Source: Nitrosopumilaceae archaeon
Lineage (GTDB): Archaea > Thermoproteota > Nitrososphaeria > Nitrososphaerales > Nitrosopumilaceae
Assembly (NCBI GenBank): GCA_965208905.1
Contig: OZ242365.1
Span: 1,280,001 to 1,344,000 of the forward strand
Direction of reading: 5' to 3'
DNA: 64,000 bases
The notes under the pieces were generated by a model. That model had not been told where the DNA came from. It saw only the letters and a list, made by a program, of their open reading frames with translations, and searched no databases. Shown one piece after another: positions 1 to 10,200 of this stretch. Position 1 is the first letter of the stretch; every line of letters starts with the position of its first letter. Made by a program: the position numbers and the translations under genes.

Positions 1-1337
1 TATCCATACCAAGCGGTAGACAGTGGATAGTGGGTCATGACGAATTGGATGTTTTATATCATAAAAAACGAATACGTTTCACAGAGAAAAGAGCAGATTG
101 GATATACTATCCAGAAGATGCTCCAAGAATAATAACAAATGTCTGGGAAGGGATGCAAATAAATCAGAAAAACTATGTGATTGAAACAAAAGACAAGGTA
201 CTGGAACGGTGCATACAACTAACCACGGATGTGGGTGATTTAGTACTAGACATTACCGGTGGAAGTGGCGTGACCGCATATGCTGCCGAAAAGTGGGGCA
301 GGCGTTGGATAACATGTGATGTATCACGTGTGTCTATTGCAACCATAAAATGGCGCCTACAAACTGCTTCATTTCTCTGGTATAAACTGACCAATGATGT
401 CGAAGGTGTGGATAGTGGTTTTGAATACGAGACGTTCTTCAAACGATCCGCAAAGACTCTATCAAACACTGAAGATTTGGATGAGAGCATTCGGTATGAC
501 AAACCCAAGATAGTAAAGGAGAGGAGTCGCGTAACAGGACCATTTACAATAGATGCCATACCGGCACCCACAATATCAAACGATACCGTCAAGACTTCTG
601 TACGAAGCGACTGGTTAACAAAACTGGCTGACTCTGGTATTGTGACAAATACCGGACAGCGACTGGTGTTTGATAGAGTAGAGCGAAACACGGATGTAAA
701 GTCCCCAATACACGCCTCTGCATTTACGGGAAAGAAAAAGACTGCCATCTCCTTTGGGTCGGAACATGGGCCCATGAGTGTGTATCAAGTGGAGTCTGTC
801 TTGAACGATGTTAGTACTGATGCTATCTTTATTGCATTTGTCTTTGATCCACACGCACAGTCTCTTATAGGCAATACAGAGAATGCATTTGCCGTTAGCA
901 TGAACAACGACATATTGATTGAGGATCTTAAATCCAAATCCACTGACCAACCATTTAGCATCATCGGTGAGCCAGACATTAAAATCCGCCACAACAACGA
1001 CAAATTCACAGTAGAGTTGTTGGGCTATAATTACTACGACCCACATAAAGGGAAGAACATAGTCGGCAACACACAGAATGTGGCAATGTGGATGCTGGAT
1101 ACTGATTATGACGGAAGAACATTACGAGTTAAGCAGTTCTTCTTTCCAAATAAACAAGATGCGTGGAAAGATCTAGAAAAAACACTGCGCAGTAGTGTAA
1201 ATACCGAACTGTTGGAAAAGTATCTTGGCACAGAATCTATCCCATTTGAAAGTGGAAATTATAAAAAAATTGCCATCAAGGTGATTGATATGGATGGTAA
1301 CGAGTCTATGAAGGTGGAAGGATTAGAAGAATGGTAA
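1..1337 (+). CDS. mod: Type III restriction-modification methyltransferase (Mod), 5'-truncated by window edge
   Basis: SAM-binding motif VLDITGGSGVT, AAEKWGRRWITCD, RVTGPFT and WMLDTDYDG..F segments typical of long Mod subunits; overlaps the res start. Confidence 0.9.
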   Translation, partial: SIPSGRQWIVGHDELDVLYHKKRIRFTEKRADWIYYPEDAPRIITNVWEGMQINQKNYVIETKDKVLERCIQLTTDVGDLVLDITGGSGVTAYAAEKWGRRWITCDVSRVSIATIKWRLQTASFLWYKLTNDVEGVDSGFEYETFFKRSAKTLSNTEDLDESIRYDKPKIVKERSRVTGPFTIDAIPAPTISNDTVKTSVRSDWLTKLADSGIVTNTGQRLVFDRVERNTDVKSPIHASAFTGKKKTAISFGSEHGPMSVYQVESVLNDVSTDAIFIAFVFDPHAQSLIGNTENAFAVSMNNDILIEDLKSKSTDQPFSIIGEPDIKIRHNNDKFTVELLGYNYYDPHKGKNIVGNTQNVAMWMLDTDYDGRTLRVKQFFFPNKQDAWKDLEKTLRSSVNTELLEKYLGTESIPFESGNYKKIAIKVIDMDGNESMKVEGLEEW

Positions 1338-4075
1338 AAGGTATAGACAAGCTCATAATCTGCAACCCATATGAAAAGCCCAACCAATACTACAAGTACG
1401 ACTCGGAACTTGACGGTTATCACAAGATGACTGGGAGGCGTCCATCCGGATACCAAAGCATGAATGAAAATGGTGTATATGGCATACATAGGGAAATACA
1501 CACTGTCAATAAAATACGAAAACTTGTTGATGAGTGGCGGGATGCTGGTTATCCAGATACTACCAAAACCACCAAAAAACTACTAAATCACTGGAAAAGC
1601 AAGAAAGAGATGAGATTGTTTTTCTGCCAGATGGAGGCTATAGAGACCATCATATATGCAATGGAACATCGAGATAAAGTCAACAAAATAATACAGGGGG
1701 ATGATGGTCCATTCAGCCGTTATTGTACCAAGATGGCTACCGGTACTGGCAAGACAATCATAATGGGGCTGTTGATTGCATGGCAGGTTCTAAACTCCGG
1801 TTCAAGATACACAAAAAATATTCTGGTTGTAACCCCCAACCTAACAGTCAAGGATAGACTACAAGTACTACATCCTGGCAATCCCAAGAACATCTATGAT
1901 GAGTTTGACATGATGCCACCGGGAATGAAGCGTGAAATGTTGGGCAGTGCCCGCATCACTATAACCAATTTTCAGCAGTTTAAACCAAAAGAGGGAAGTA
2001 AGAACAGTGTAGTAAAACTTGGTAGACAAGGTGCAAAGTCATTTGCCGCATCCATTGTAGGTAGGCAGACGAAAAACATTCTGGTCATAAATGATGAGGG
2101 GCATCATGCGTGGAGACCATCATTTTATTCTAATGCAGATAAAAAAGAGGGTAAAGAGGCGGGAATGTGGACAAACGGTCTGGACCTCATACACGGTATT
2201 TGTAAAATCACCCAGTGTTGTGATTTTTCAGCCACACCATTCGTTCCAACCGGTAAGAGTGCTACAGAAGACACTTTGTTTGGGTGGATTATATCAGACT
2301 TTTCACTTAGTGATGCAATAGAGTCGGGCCTTGTCAAGACTCCTAAAACACCTAAAACCGGTGATAGTTTTTACCGCCTGTATGATGAAGATGTTGCAAA
2401 AGCCCTTGGCTCAACAAAGATGGATAGACTGCCAGACAAGGTTGAAAGAGCATACAGCCTTCTTGGTAAAGGATGGGAGAAAGTTAACAAGTTATGGAGA
2501 GAAAACAGGCGGCCCACACCACCTGCCATGATTACTGTTTGTAACAACACACGTCATGCCAAACGCATAGCAGATAATCTTGAGCGAAACACGGTTGGAC
2601 TGAATACAGATCTTGTCAAGTCTGAATCCCTTCTACATATTGATTCAACAACCATAGAAGATGATACAAGTATGCGGGACAAAGTAGCTACAGTTGGAAA
2701 AAGTGGCGAGTCGGGTGAAAAAATCTGCAATATTGTATCTGTTGATATGCTGACTGAGGGATGGGACGCGAGAACAGTCACCCATATTATGGGACTTCGG
2801 GCCTTCAAATCACAACTTCTATGCGAGCAGGTGATTGGCAGAGGTCTGCGCCGCACCAGTTACGATGTAAATGAAGACGGATATTTTGAAACGGAGCATG
2901 TTGACATATTAGGTGTTCCCTTTGCCGGCATATTGTCAGAAGAGGCAGAACAACTTGGAGGAGGGACGACAGTAATACCGGTGGATATTTATCCAGACAA
3001 GCCGGAACATATTATCGCGTGGCCCATCATAACGGAGATCCGCGAGACCGTTACGTATAAGACTGAAATAGACTGGGAAAAAATCACACCACTTGACTTT
3101 GACAAAACAATACCTTCGTCAGTGTCACTAGGCCCTCTTATTGATGGATGGGTTTCCAAAGACAGTGTGACCTTTGAACTCAAAAACCGAAAGCAGACGG
3201 TCATGTATGGTATTTTGCAGAGTATAATGAGTAACTACCACCAGCTCGAAAGGGAGCAGATAATTGCAGAGTATAGTCCATATGTCAATAATCCACAGGG
3301 GCTGACTATATCCATACTTTACAACATCAAAGAGTATGTGAGAAGATTCATTGATATGAAATTTCCAGACAGATCTGAACAGGTATTGTTTGACCACCGC
3401 GATGATGTTGCGCGACATATTTACAAAAATCTCGTAACTGCTGAGCCACTAACAAAGCCCAAAGTAGAAGTCGATGGTACAGATAACACAGACATACCGC
3501 GTAGGGCGACTACGAATCAAAGGCGCTTTGCTCCAAAAAAGACGCATCTTAACTTAATTACCGCGGCCAGAGATTTTGAGATACGTATAGGTAAGATGCT
3601 TGACAAGGATCAGCATGTACATTCTTGGATCAAGTCGGATATGGTGAGATTTTCCATACAATACGAGCATCCCGACGGTTCAAGACGCAACTATCTGCCA
3701 GACTTTATTGCACATTTGAATACTGGTGTTCAACTAGTCATAGAAGGTAAGGGCAAAGAAGATGATGTTGATATTGCCAAGAAAAAAGCATTAAGACGAT
3801 GGGTAGATGCAGTTAATCAAGATGGGAGGTATGGTGTATGGGATTCTACTACACTATATTCAGACAAGGATCTCCAAGCCAGCCTAACAGATGCCATACA
3901 GGCTTCATCGGATAGGCCATATACAGTAGTATGTGAGAGGTGTGGTTTCACCGCTAGCACGCTTGCCGAATCAGTTGGTGTATTTGGTGTTGAGAATAAC
4001 AGGGGAATACTCAAGGTATCTACACTATGCGTTGACTGTCAAAAGGTGATTAAAAACACATCAAGCAACAACTAG
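1331..4075 (+). CDS. res: Type III restriction endonuclease/helicase (Res) with C-terminal Cys4 extension
   Basis: Walker A MATGTGKT, DEGHH, FSATP, MLTEGWDA, QVIGRGLRR helicase motifs; PDF..VIEGKG nuclease motif; tail CERC..CVDC. Confidence 0.92.
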   Translation: MVKGIDKLIICNPYEKPNQYYKYDSELDGYHKMTGRRPSGYQSMNENGVYGIHREIHTVNKIRKLVDEWRDAGYPDTTKTTKKLLNHWKSKKEMRLFFCQMEAIETIIYAMEHRDKVNKIIQGDDGPFSRYCTKMATGTGKTIIMGLLIAWQVLNSGSRYTKNILVVTPNLTVKDRLQVLHPGNPKNIYDEFDMMPPGMKREMLGSARITITNFQQFKPKEGSKNSVVKLGRQGAKSFAASIVGRQTKNILVINDEGHHAWRPSFYSNADKKEGKEAGMWTNGLDLIHGICKITQCCDFSATPFVPTGKSATEDTLFGWIISDFSLSDAIESGLVKTPKTPKTGDSFYRLYDEDVAKALGSTKMDRLPDKVERAYSLLGKGWEKVNKLWRENRRPTPPAMITVCNNTRHAKRIADNLERNTVGLNTDLVKSESLLHIDSTTIEDDTSMRDKVATVGKSGESGEKICNIVSVDMLTEGWDARTVTHIMGLRAFKSQLLCEQVIGRGLRRTSYDVNEDGYFETEHVDILGVPFAGILSEEAEQLGGGTTVIPVDIYPDKPEHIIAWPIITEIRETVTYKTEIDWEKITPLDFDKTIPSSVSLGPLIDGWVSKDSVTFELKNRKQTVMYGILQSIMSNYHQLEREQIIAEYSPYVNNPQGLTISILYNIKEYVRRFIDMKFPDRSEQVLFDHRDDVARHIYKNLVTAEPLTKPKVEVDGTDNTDIPRRATTNQRRFAPKKTHLNLITAARDFEIRIGKMLDKDQHVHSWIKSDMVRFSIQYEHPDGSRRNYLPDFIAHLNTGVQLVIEGKGKEDDVDIAKKKALRRWVDAVNQDGRYGVWDSTTLYSDKDLQASLTDAIQASSDRPYTVVCERCGFTASTLAESVGVFGVENNRGILKVSTLCVDCQKVIKNTSSNN

Positions 4076-4291
4076 ACATAACACTAACAACATAGGTAAA
4101 AAAGTATCTGCAACACAGTTACCTTCTCCCAAAACACTTGAGAAGTGATAATAGTTCAACTAGTTTCCTTCTAGATGAACATCATCCCTGAGCGACAACT
4201 TCGTACTGACAATGACTGACATAACGAAGAGAAATGTGAGAACACCAAATGTTACCACATTTCCCACATTTTTCTAGGTTGCTGTAACTTT

Positions 4292-4327
4292 CCAGTGCCT
4301 CCCAGTGCCTCCCAGTGCCTCCCAGTG
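4292..4327. repeat. 10-bp tandem repeat (CCAGTGCCTC)x3.6
   Basis: tccagtgcct cccagtgcct cccagtgcct cccagtg read directly. Confidence 0.9.
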
Positions 4328-4504
4328 TGTATGTTTATGCTTAGGATACTGAATTTCCCAGAAAACCACATGAATGGGAACTTCAATTGAAAATCTTGAT
4401 CAAATACAGAGGCAAAATTAAGAGGGTTTAGTCATGAAGGGCACATTCCCTCCAGTCATACCGTAAATCACCACCTTAAATAGTGCCGATACGTTACCAC
4501 ACAA

Positions 4505-5806
4505 ATGAATTACAGAAAACAGAGAGGCATATTGATAACAAAACAAAAGAATCAGATTCGTCAAGTAGATGATTCTACATACGAGGTGTGTTCACAGACT
4601 GAACCTGGCATCAAGTATACGTTGACACGTACATCCCGTAGTTGGGATTGTAACTGTCCTGATGATGCGATATATTGCAAGCATGCGTATGCTCTGGAAG
4701 AACACCTTGGCATGAAACCACGCGTAGACAGGGGCCGTTTAATACACGAGATGGGAGGTCAGGTGGAGTGCATATCACTAGACCACTATCTAGTCAAATC
4801 ACAGAGTATTGATGAATCATACGAAGTACGTGATTTTGGTAGTGGTTGGATATGTTCATGTCCAGACCACATACATACAGGGAGTACATGCAAACACATT
4901 CAAGCCGTACAGTGGAGCAATAGAGAACGGCGTGTAATAGAAGAACCAAGGCAGATTTTATGTCTGCGCTGCGGTTCATCCGACATTATACAGAAGGGGG
5001 TGCGCAGCGGCAATCACCGGTTCCAATGCAAATCATGCGGCAAATACTTTACAGACAATCTTGGATTTGAGGGGCGGCGTTCCGCCCCAGAGTACATTAC
5101 AGTCGCTGTAGAACTGGTGTATGCGGGACTGTCCATACGAAAAACCGTAAAGGCACTACACTCAATATACTGCAAGGTTGGCCGCTCTACCATACATCGC
5201 TGGGCAGACCAGTACGGCCATATGATGGATGAATATCTTGATGGGATAACTCCACTGGTGGGGGAGGAGTGGCGTACCGACGAAATATACGTAAAGATAC
5301 GCGGGAAGCGAAAGTACCTGTTCGCGATGCTGGATTCAGAGACAAGATATTGGATTGCCAGACAGGTTGCCACACACAAAGGTACTGATGATGTACGACC
5401 GATGTTTAAGCAGGCCAAAGACATAACAGGTAAAATTCCATCCAAACTGATATCTGATGGTGCATCCAACTTTGCCGAGGCTCACAAAGATGAGTACGCT
5501 CCCAAGAACTACCTGTGGAAGAGTTCCGTGCATGAGTCACACATACGCATGGATGGCGATATACACAACAACCAGATGGAGTCTTTCAATGGAAATACCA
5601 TACGGCTGCGCGAGAAGATTGTACGCGGTTTGAAGAAGGAGGATGCGGCACTGCTTGCAGGTTTGAAGGTGTATCATAACCATGTAAGGCCACATCTGGG
5701 ACTGCCTGACGGACAGACTCCAGGCGAGGCATCAGGTATACATGTTGATGGTGTAAACAAGATACTCACGATTATACGCGCTGCTGCCAAGGCGCGTAAC
5801 AACTAG
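4505..5806 (+). CDS. IS6-like DDE transposase with two N-terminal SWIM fingers and a Zn ribbon
   Basis: SWIM CNC..CKH and CSC..CKH; CLRC..CKSC ribbon; HTH; DDE motifs WRTDE, ISDG, NNQMES; paralog of 57783-59027. Confidence 0.9.
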   Translation: MNYRKQRGILITKQKNQIRQVDDSTYEVCSQTEPGIKYTLTRTSRSWDCNCPDDAIYCKHAYALEEHLGMKPRVDRGRLIHEMGGQVECISLDHYLVKSQSIDESYEVRDFGSGWICSCPDHIHTGSTCKHIQAVQWSNRERRVIEEPRQILCLRCGSSDIIQKGVRSGNHRFQCKSCGKYFTDNLGFEGRRSAPEYITVAVELVYAGLSIRKTVKALHSIYCKVGRSTIHRWADQYGHMMDEYLDGITPLVGEEWRTDEIYVKIRGKRKYLFAMLDSETRYWIARQVATHKGTDDVRPMFKQAKDITGKIPSKLISDGASNFAEAHKDEYAPKNYLWKSSVHESHIRMDGDIHNNQMESFNGNTIRLREKIVRGLKKEDAALLAGLKVYHNHVRPHLGLPDGQTPGEASGIHVDGVNKILTIIRAAAKARNN

Positions 5807-5850
5807 CTTTTTCATTTTTTATTCATTCGGTATCTGGGCCTTTTATGCCT

Positions 5851-5965
5851 GGAGTAGAAACGTAGGTTGTCTTGGCGGAGTGGAAATATGGGTCTGGAGT
5901 GGAAACGTAGGTCAGGCAGATGTCAGGCGCCACTTTGGGACAGGCGCCATTAATGGGACAGTTCA
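5851..5965. mobile_element. Probable right end of the IS6-like element, with three subterminal repeats
   Basis: GGAGTRGAAAYRTRGGT at 5851, 5877, 5896, then CCACTTTGGGACAG..GGGACAGTTCA; same motif set with the same 17-bp spacing recurs at 50695-50744. Confidence 0.65.
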
Positions 5966-6174
5966 GATACGTCTGCAAAGATGTACATCTGTATATCTAC
6001 TTTCTGACTGCAAGTATACCTTGAAATATCACATATGTGTGATTTTACACCATGCTGATACTGCATATGGTTAACCCCAAAATCTCCAAAGAACGAGGAT
6101 CGGCCAGTTGATATGGAGTCCTTCAAGATTATATAACAAAAGTAATATGTAACAAAAGCGTAGTAAAACCAATC

Positions 6175-6561
6175 TTGGCTGAGAGGTTGTATCGTTATAC
6201 GCAATTGTGCGAACAGGTGTTGAGTTTAGATGAACAGATACGGTTTGCAGGAGTTATAAGCGAGAGGGGACGTTTGGTTGCTGGCGGAATGCGCGAGGGT
6301 GTAAAACCATTAGAAAAAGAGAAAGATGATGAGGTTCTGTTTATGGAGTTGGCTCTACGAGTTCGCATGCGCCGAGAATTTGATCGACAACTTGGCCCTG
6401 TAAACTTTGCCATGGCATCTAGGCGACGTGCAATAACTATGAGCTTTAGAGTGAACAACGACATATTGTATGTGGCCGCCGAACCTGATGCAGACTATTG
6501 TAATCTTCCTCGTATGATACTAGACACAATGAAAGACTCCTCCCATAAAGACCACAAATAG
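6175..6561 (+). CDS. Conserved thaumarchaeal protein (roadblock/profilin-like fold suspected)
   Basis: IRFAGVI...GRLVAGG pattern typical of a family expanded in AOA; start uncertain. Confidence 0.65.
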   Translation: MAERLYRYTQLCEQVLSLDEQIRFAGVISERGRLVAGGMREGVKPLEKEKDDEVLFMELALRVRMRREFDRQLGPVNFAMASRRRAITMSFRVNNDILYVAAEPDADYCNLPRMILDTMKDSSHKDHK

Positions 6562-6855
6562 AACATCATAATGTCCGTCTCCCTAAGTGGAGCTATATGA
6601 TGATCTTTTAGATTGGCCGATATCATATTACTCAGACTGACATCATTAGTCTAGGTTACATACAGTAGTGGGTATCCGAATAATCATACAAGTGTTATAT
6701 AACAAACACCCAAGGTTTACTGCAAAATCATAACTTATCTATAGAACAGTTCTTGATAAATTCCACATGTGTAGTATTATCAAAAAACCCTATGGGTTTA
6801 GGCTAAATTTGGAACATTTTGGTCTTGCTGGCTGAGAACACAACAAAATGACACA

Positions 6856-7110
6856 TCATACCATTGAAAACTCTGCTATACTAACCAGTGGATTGTATAT
6901 GCGCAACTCATCACAAATTTGTTTTACCTTCTCCATGGCTACCTGTGAACTCTCTGCACTCACAGAAAAACGTAATCCCTTACTGCAACGTATCTCTGTT
7001 ATGTCATCAGTACCACTCCGTAATACTAAATCGGTGAGTATTGTACTGCCCTCAGGATCACTTATTTCAGGTTTGTTCTGTATGGTTACAAGTACTTTGT
7101 AGGTGCCCAC
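6856..7110 (-). CDS. purS: Phosphoribosylformylglycinamidine synthase subunit PurS
   Basis: NKPEISDPEG and IYNP motifs, 84 aa. Confidence 0.9.
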   Translation of the reverse strand: MGTYKVLVTIQNKPEISDPEGSTILTDLVLRSGTDDITEIRCSKGLRFSVSAESSQVAMEKVKQICDELRIYNPLVSIAEFSMV

Positions 7111-7294
7111 ACATTTTACTTCATTTCAAATTATATATAGATAGTTTTTTGTCATATTGTTGTACTGTAATACGATACGGCAGCAGACTCTTGGATAAAC
7201 CTGCATGTTGATATCTGAGTCACTCTCAGATTCTATAATTCAGGTTTGCCGTAGAATACTTACCTATAATTATGTGATACTTTATTCGAATACC

Positions 7295-7759
7295 ATGGCT
7301 CGCGCGCGATACTGGAAGATGACGCCTGAAGAGGTGGCTGATTTAACATACGATGAGCAGTTTCTGTTAAACTGGGACATAAAATGTGTGCGCCAGCCCG
7401 AGGAGGATGCTATATTCATAGGGGTCTTTATGTATAGGCGCGGCACTCCGTTGGACTATACGCCAATACAGGGCGTAGTGTTTTATCACAATCACATATC
7501 TAATGATGAGGTATCTCGTATAATTCAGCATCTGAAGAGTAGGTACGGCGGCAAAGAGACTAAAAAGGGTGATAGGGTGTTTTTAACAGGATCTAAAGAG
7601 TTCTATGATCCTGCAGGCATATCGTCATTGGCGCTATCCATGGAAGAGTCCTTTAATACCAAATCCGTGATTACCTTGGAGTTTGAGGGTATGAGTCAAG
7701 AGGCGATGCGCATTGCCGGTCTACCAGACTCTAAACTATTACCTATACCGGGCAAGTAA
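7295..7759 (+). CDS. Conserved hypothetical protein
   Basis: Clean ORF; ATG at 7295 (MARARYWK) preferred over 7205. Confidence 0.6.
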   Translation: MARARYWKMTPEEVADLTYDEQFLLNWDIKCVRQPEEDAIFIGVFMYRRGTPLDYTPIQGVVFYHNHISNDEVSRIIQHLKSRYGGKETKKGDRVFLTGSKEFYDPAGISSLALSMEESFNTKSVITLEFEGMSQEAMRIAGLPDSKLLPIPGK

Positions 7760-7787
7760 TATGAATCAGCAAACGTAGTATGAAATT

Positions 7788-8573
7788 ATGTCAGGTCTAG
7801 ACGGCATAAGCGATCATCTTGAGGAGCTGCGCAAGAGAGTAATACGCATATCTGTATCTGTGATGGCTGTAACTGTATTTGCTATGACGTTTCATATTGA
7901 GCCAGGTGTCTTGTGGGGCTTTCCTGTATACTACCCATTGCCAGAACCCATGAACAACCTGGCGGCCCAGATTACAGACTTTATGAGCGAGCAGTTAGTG
8001 CCCGAAGGTGTAGAACTAATACAGACCGCACCAGGCCAAGCATTCTTCTCTCAGGTGTATATTGCAGCCCTGCTGGGAATCGTGGTATCTGTACCCGTTA
8101 TAATACGAGAGGCAGTGGCATTCATATCGCCGGCCCTTCGGCAGGCTGAGATACATACTGGAAGATTCATAACATTTCCCGCCTTGTGCCTATTTGCTGT
8201 AGGCTGCATATTTTCGTATTTGATGGTCGTCCCATTCATATTGGATTTTTTGTACCAGTATGGTGATTCTGCTGGGCTGATAACATTTCTAAATATCATG
8301 GATTTTGTGGCGTTTGTATTACAATTTTTGATAGCGTTTGGACTCTCTTTTCAACTACCTTTGATAATGTATGCTGCATCATATTCGGGTATAGTAGATG
8401 TAAAATTTTGGCGGAAGAATATACGATACGCCTTGGTAGCCATAATAGTATTTGGTGCCATAATAACACCAGATGGTAGCGGAATTACAATGTGGTTTGT
8501 AGCTGGGCCCATGATAGCATTGTACCTTGCAGGCATGTTGATAATCGAACGAAAGAAAAAGTCCCTAACGTGA
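7788..8573 (+). CDS. tatC: Twin-arginine translocase TatC
   Basis: HLEELRKR, FISPAL, FQLPL, ITPDG motifs; multi-TM. Confidence 0.95.
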   Translation: MSGLDGISDHLEELRKRVIRISVSVMAVTVFAMTFHIEPGVLWGFPVYYPLPEPMNNLAAQITDFMSEQLVPEGVELIQTAPGQAFFSQVYIAALLGIVVSVPVIIREAVAFISPALRQAEIHTGRFITFPALCLFAVGCIFSYLMVVPFILDFLYQYGDSAGLITFLNIMDFVAFVLQFLIAFGLSFQLPLIMYAASYSGIVDVKFWRKNIRYALVAIIVFGAIITPDGSGITMWFVAGPMIALYLAGMLIIERKKKSLT

Positions 8574-8717
8574 AGCACCCAGTTTATGTGCGCAACAGCA
8601 TAAGCTATTTTTGACTAGCTGATTATACGTATTCAGCATTTGGTGCATGGTCACAAGCATGAATCTCCAAAACTAAAAGTCAAAGATTTAAATCACTTAT
8701 TATATAATATAGTAATA

Positions 8718-8912
8718 ATGTTTGAAAATCTGGCATTGTTTATCGCAGGTCAGGAATGGATTATACTTATTGTAGTCGTGGTTGTGCTGATATTTGGCGC
8801 CCGCAAGATACCCGAATTGGCCCGCACGTTCGGCAAGGCCAAAGGTGAGTTTGAAAAAGGCAAGATAGAGGGTGAAAAAGAACTCAACAAATACAAAGAT
8901 GAAAAATCCTAA
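8718..8912 (+). CDS. tatA: Twin-arginine translocase TatA
   Basis: GQEWII..LIFGARKIPELARTFGKAKGEF; ATG at 8718 after TATA-like TTATAT. Confidence 0.92.
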   Translation: MFENLALFIAGQEWIILIVVVVVLIFGARKIPELARTFGKAKGEFEKGKIEGEKELNKYKDEKS

Positions 8913-9298
8913 AACTCTAACTGTAATTTGACATCATTCAGCAAGGCTGTATAGTCACTTAGTATACCTTTACTTCTAAATCCAAATAAACTAACTTTCC
9001 AGTCTATGGACATATTTACTCGTGTACCATCTGGTATCTCTTCAAGCCTTTGAACTACACTACTGCCCTTGGCATCGCCGCCTATTACGGTGTATGTGTG
9101 TACTGATGGTGCCTCAAAGAGGTGCTTTACCATACACTTGTATGTCTTGCCGTTCAAATACATGGTCTCTTCATTGACCGCAGATTCCGGACGTTCAGAA
9201 CGCATCTTGACTTTTACTATTGTATTATTTATCTTGGACAATTCAGCATGATTCGATAATAATTCATAGACTGAACCAATACTTGCCTGTATGTCCAT
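8909..9298 (-). CDS. SRPBCC/polyketide cyclase-like protein
   Basis: Size and GT.V...IDW pattern; start uncertain (ORF track extends to 9331). Confidence 0.55.
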   Translation of the reverse strand: MDIQASIGSVYELLSNHAELSKINNTIVKVKMRSERPESAVNEETMYLNGKTYKCMVKHLFEAPSVHTYTVIGGDAKGSSVVQRLEEIPDGTRVNMSIDWKVSLFGFRSKGILSDYTALLNDVKLQLEF

Positions 9299-9312
9299 GG
9301 ATATTGTGCCCT

Positions 9313-9885
9313 TCAGGAACCCTCGCCCCATCTCTTGTAGAGATCATGGTCAATGTCAAACTGATCCAAGCACTTGCCAACTGCATGGTTTACCATATCT
9401 GATATGCTCTGGGGTTTGGTGTAGAACTCTGTCATTGGAGGAAGCATAACCACGCTCAGTCGGGCCAGTTTTAACATGTTCTCTAGATGAATTGCCGAGA
9501 GGGGTGACTCCCGCACCATGAGAACCAACCTTCTCGACTCTTTTATGGTGACGCCGGCTGCGCGCGCCACCAATGTGTCGTCATATCCGTTTGATATTGC
9601 TGCAAGTGTCTTCATACTGCAAGGTGCCACGATCATACCACCAGTCTTATGAGTGCCACTAGATACACTAGCTGCCATATTGGTATCCTTGGATGTGACA
9701 CTGGCTAATCCATACACGTCCTTGAGATCATAATTGGTCTCCATGAGTATACACTTCTCTCCCCACTTTGTGACTATGAGGTGTGTATCATGACCTAGTC
9801 GCTTTAGCTCCTCTAGTAGACGTATGCCATATATCGCTCCTGTGCTACCAGTTATGCCGATAGTTAGTATGTTTTTGTTGCTCAA
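9313..9885 (-). CDS. ubiX: Flavin prenyltransferase UbiX
   Basis: GITGSTG, SSG, APCSMKTL, RESP motifs. Confidence 0.93.
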   Translation of the reverse strand: MSNKNILTIGITGSTGAIYGIRLLEELKRLGHDTHLIVTKWGEKCILMETNYDLKDVYGLASVTSKDTNMAASVSSGTHKTGGMIVAPCSMKTLAAISNGYDDTLVARAAGVTIKESRRLVLMVRESPLSAIHLENMLKLARLSVVMLPPMTEFYTKPQSISDMVNHAVGKCLDQFDIDHDLYKRWGEGS

Positions 9886-10024
9886 CTAAAACCACTTACA
9901 CATTACGAATAAAAAAACTGTACGATGACTAGTGCCATTTTTGTAATGCACACACATGGCATCTTGGAGAAGACTGACACATCAAATAAAAGAGTTATAA
10001 GGATTTTCAATTGAATTACAACAC

Positions 10025-10098
10025 GCTTCGATAGCTCAGCCTGGTAGAGCGTTACCTTGGTAAGGTAAAGGTCGCGGGTTCGGATCCCGCTCGAAGCT
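10025..10098 (+). tRNA. tRNA-Thr(GGT), intronless, no encoded CCA
   Basis: Acceptor GCTTCGA/TCGAAGC, D-arm GCTC/GAGC, anticodon stem TTACC/GGTAA with loop TTGGTAA, T-loop GGTTCGGATCC. Confidence 0.96.
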
Positions 10099-10200
10099 CC
10101 TTATGTTTAATGAAACTCTTCTCAATGGTACGAGTGTAATGGGTATGGTGCTCCCTCAATACCTGTGACTTTTAAATGATGTACTTTAATCACATGGCAG

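Noticed and set aside
5851-5912. Three 17-bp repeats as a CRISPR array
   Set aside because: Gaps of 9 and 2 bp are far too short; better explained as transposon subterminal repeats. No CRISPR array or cas gene was seen in the window.
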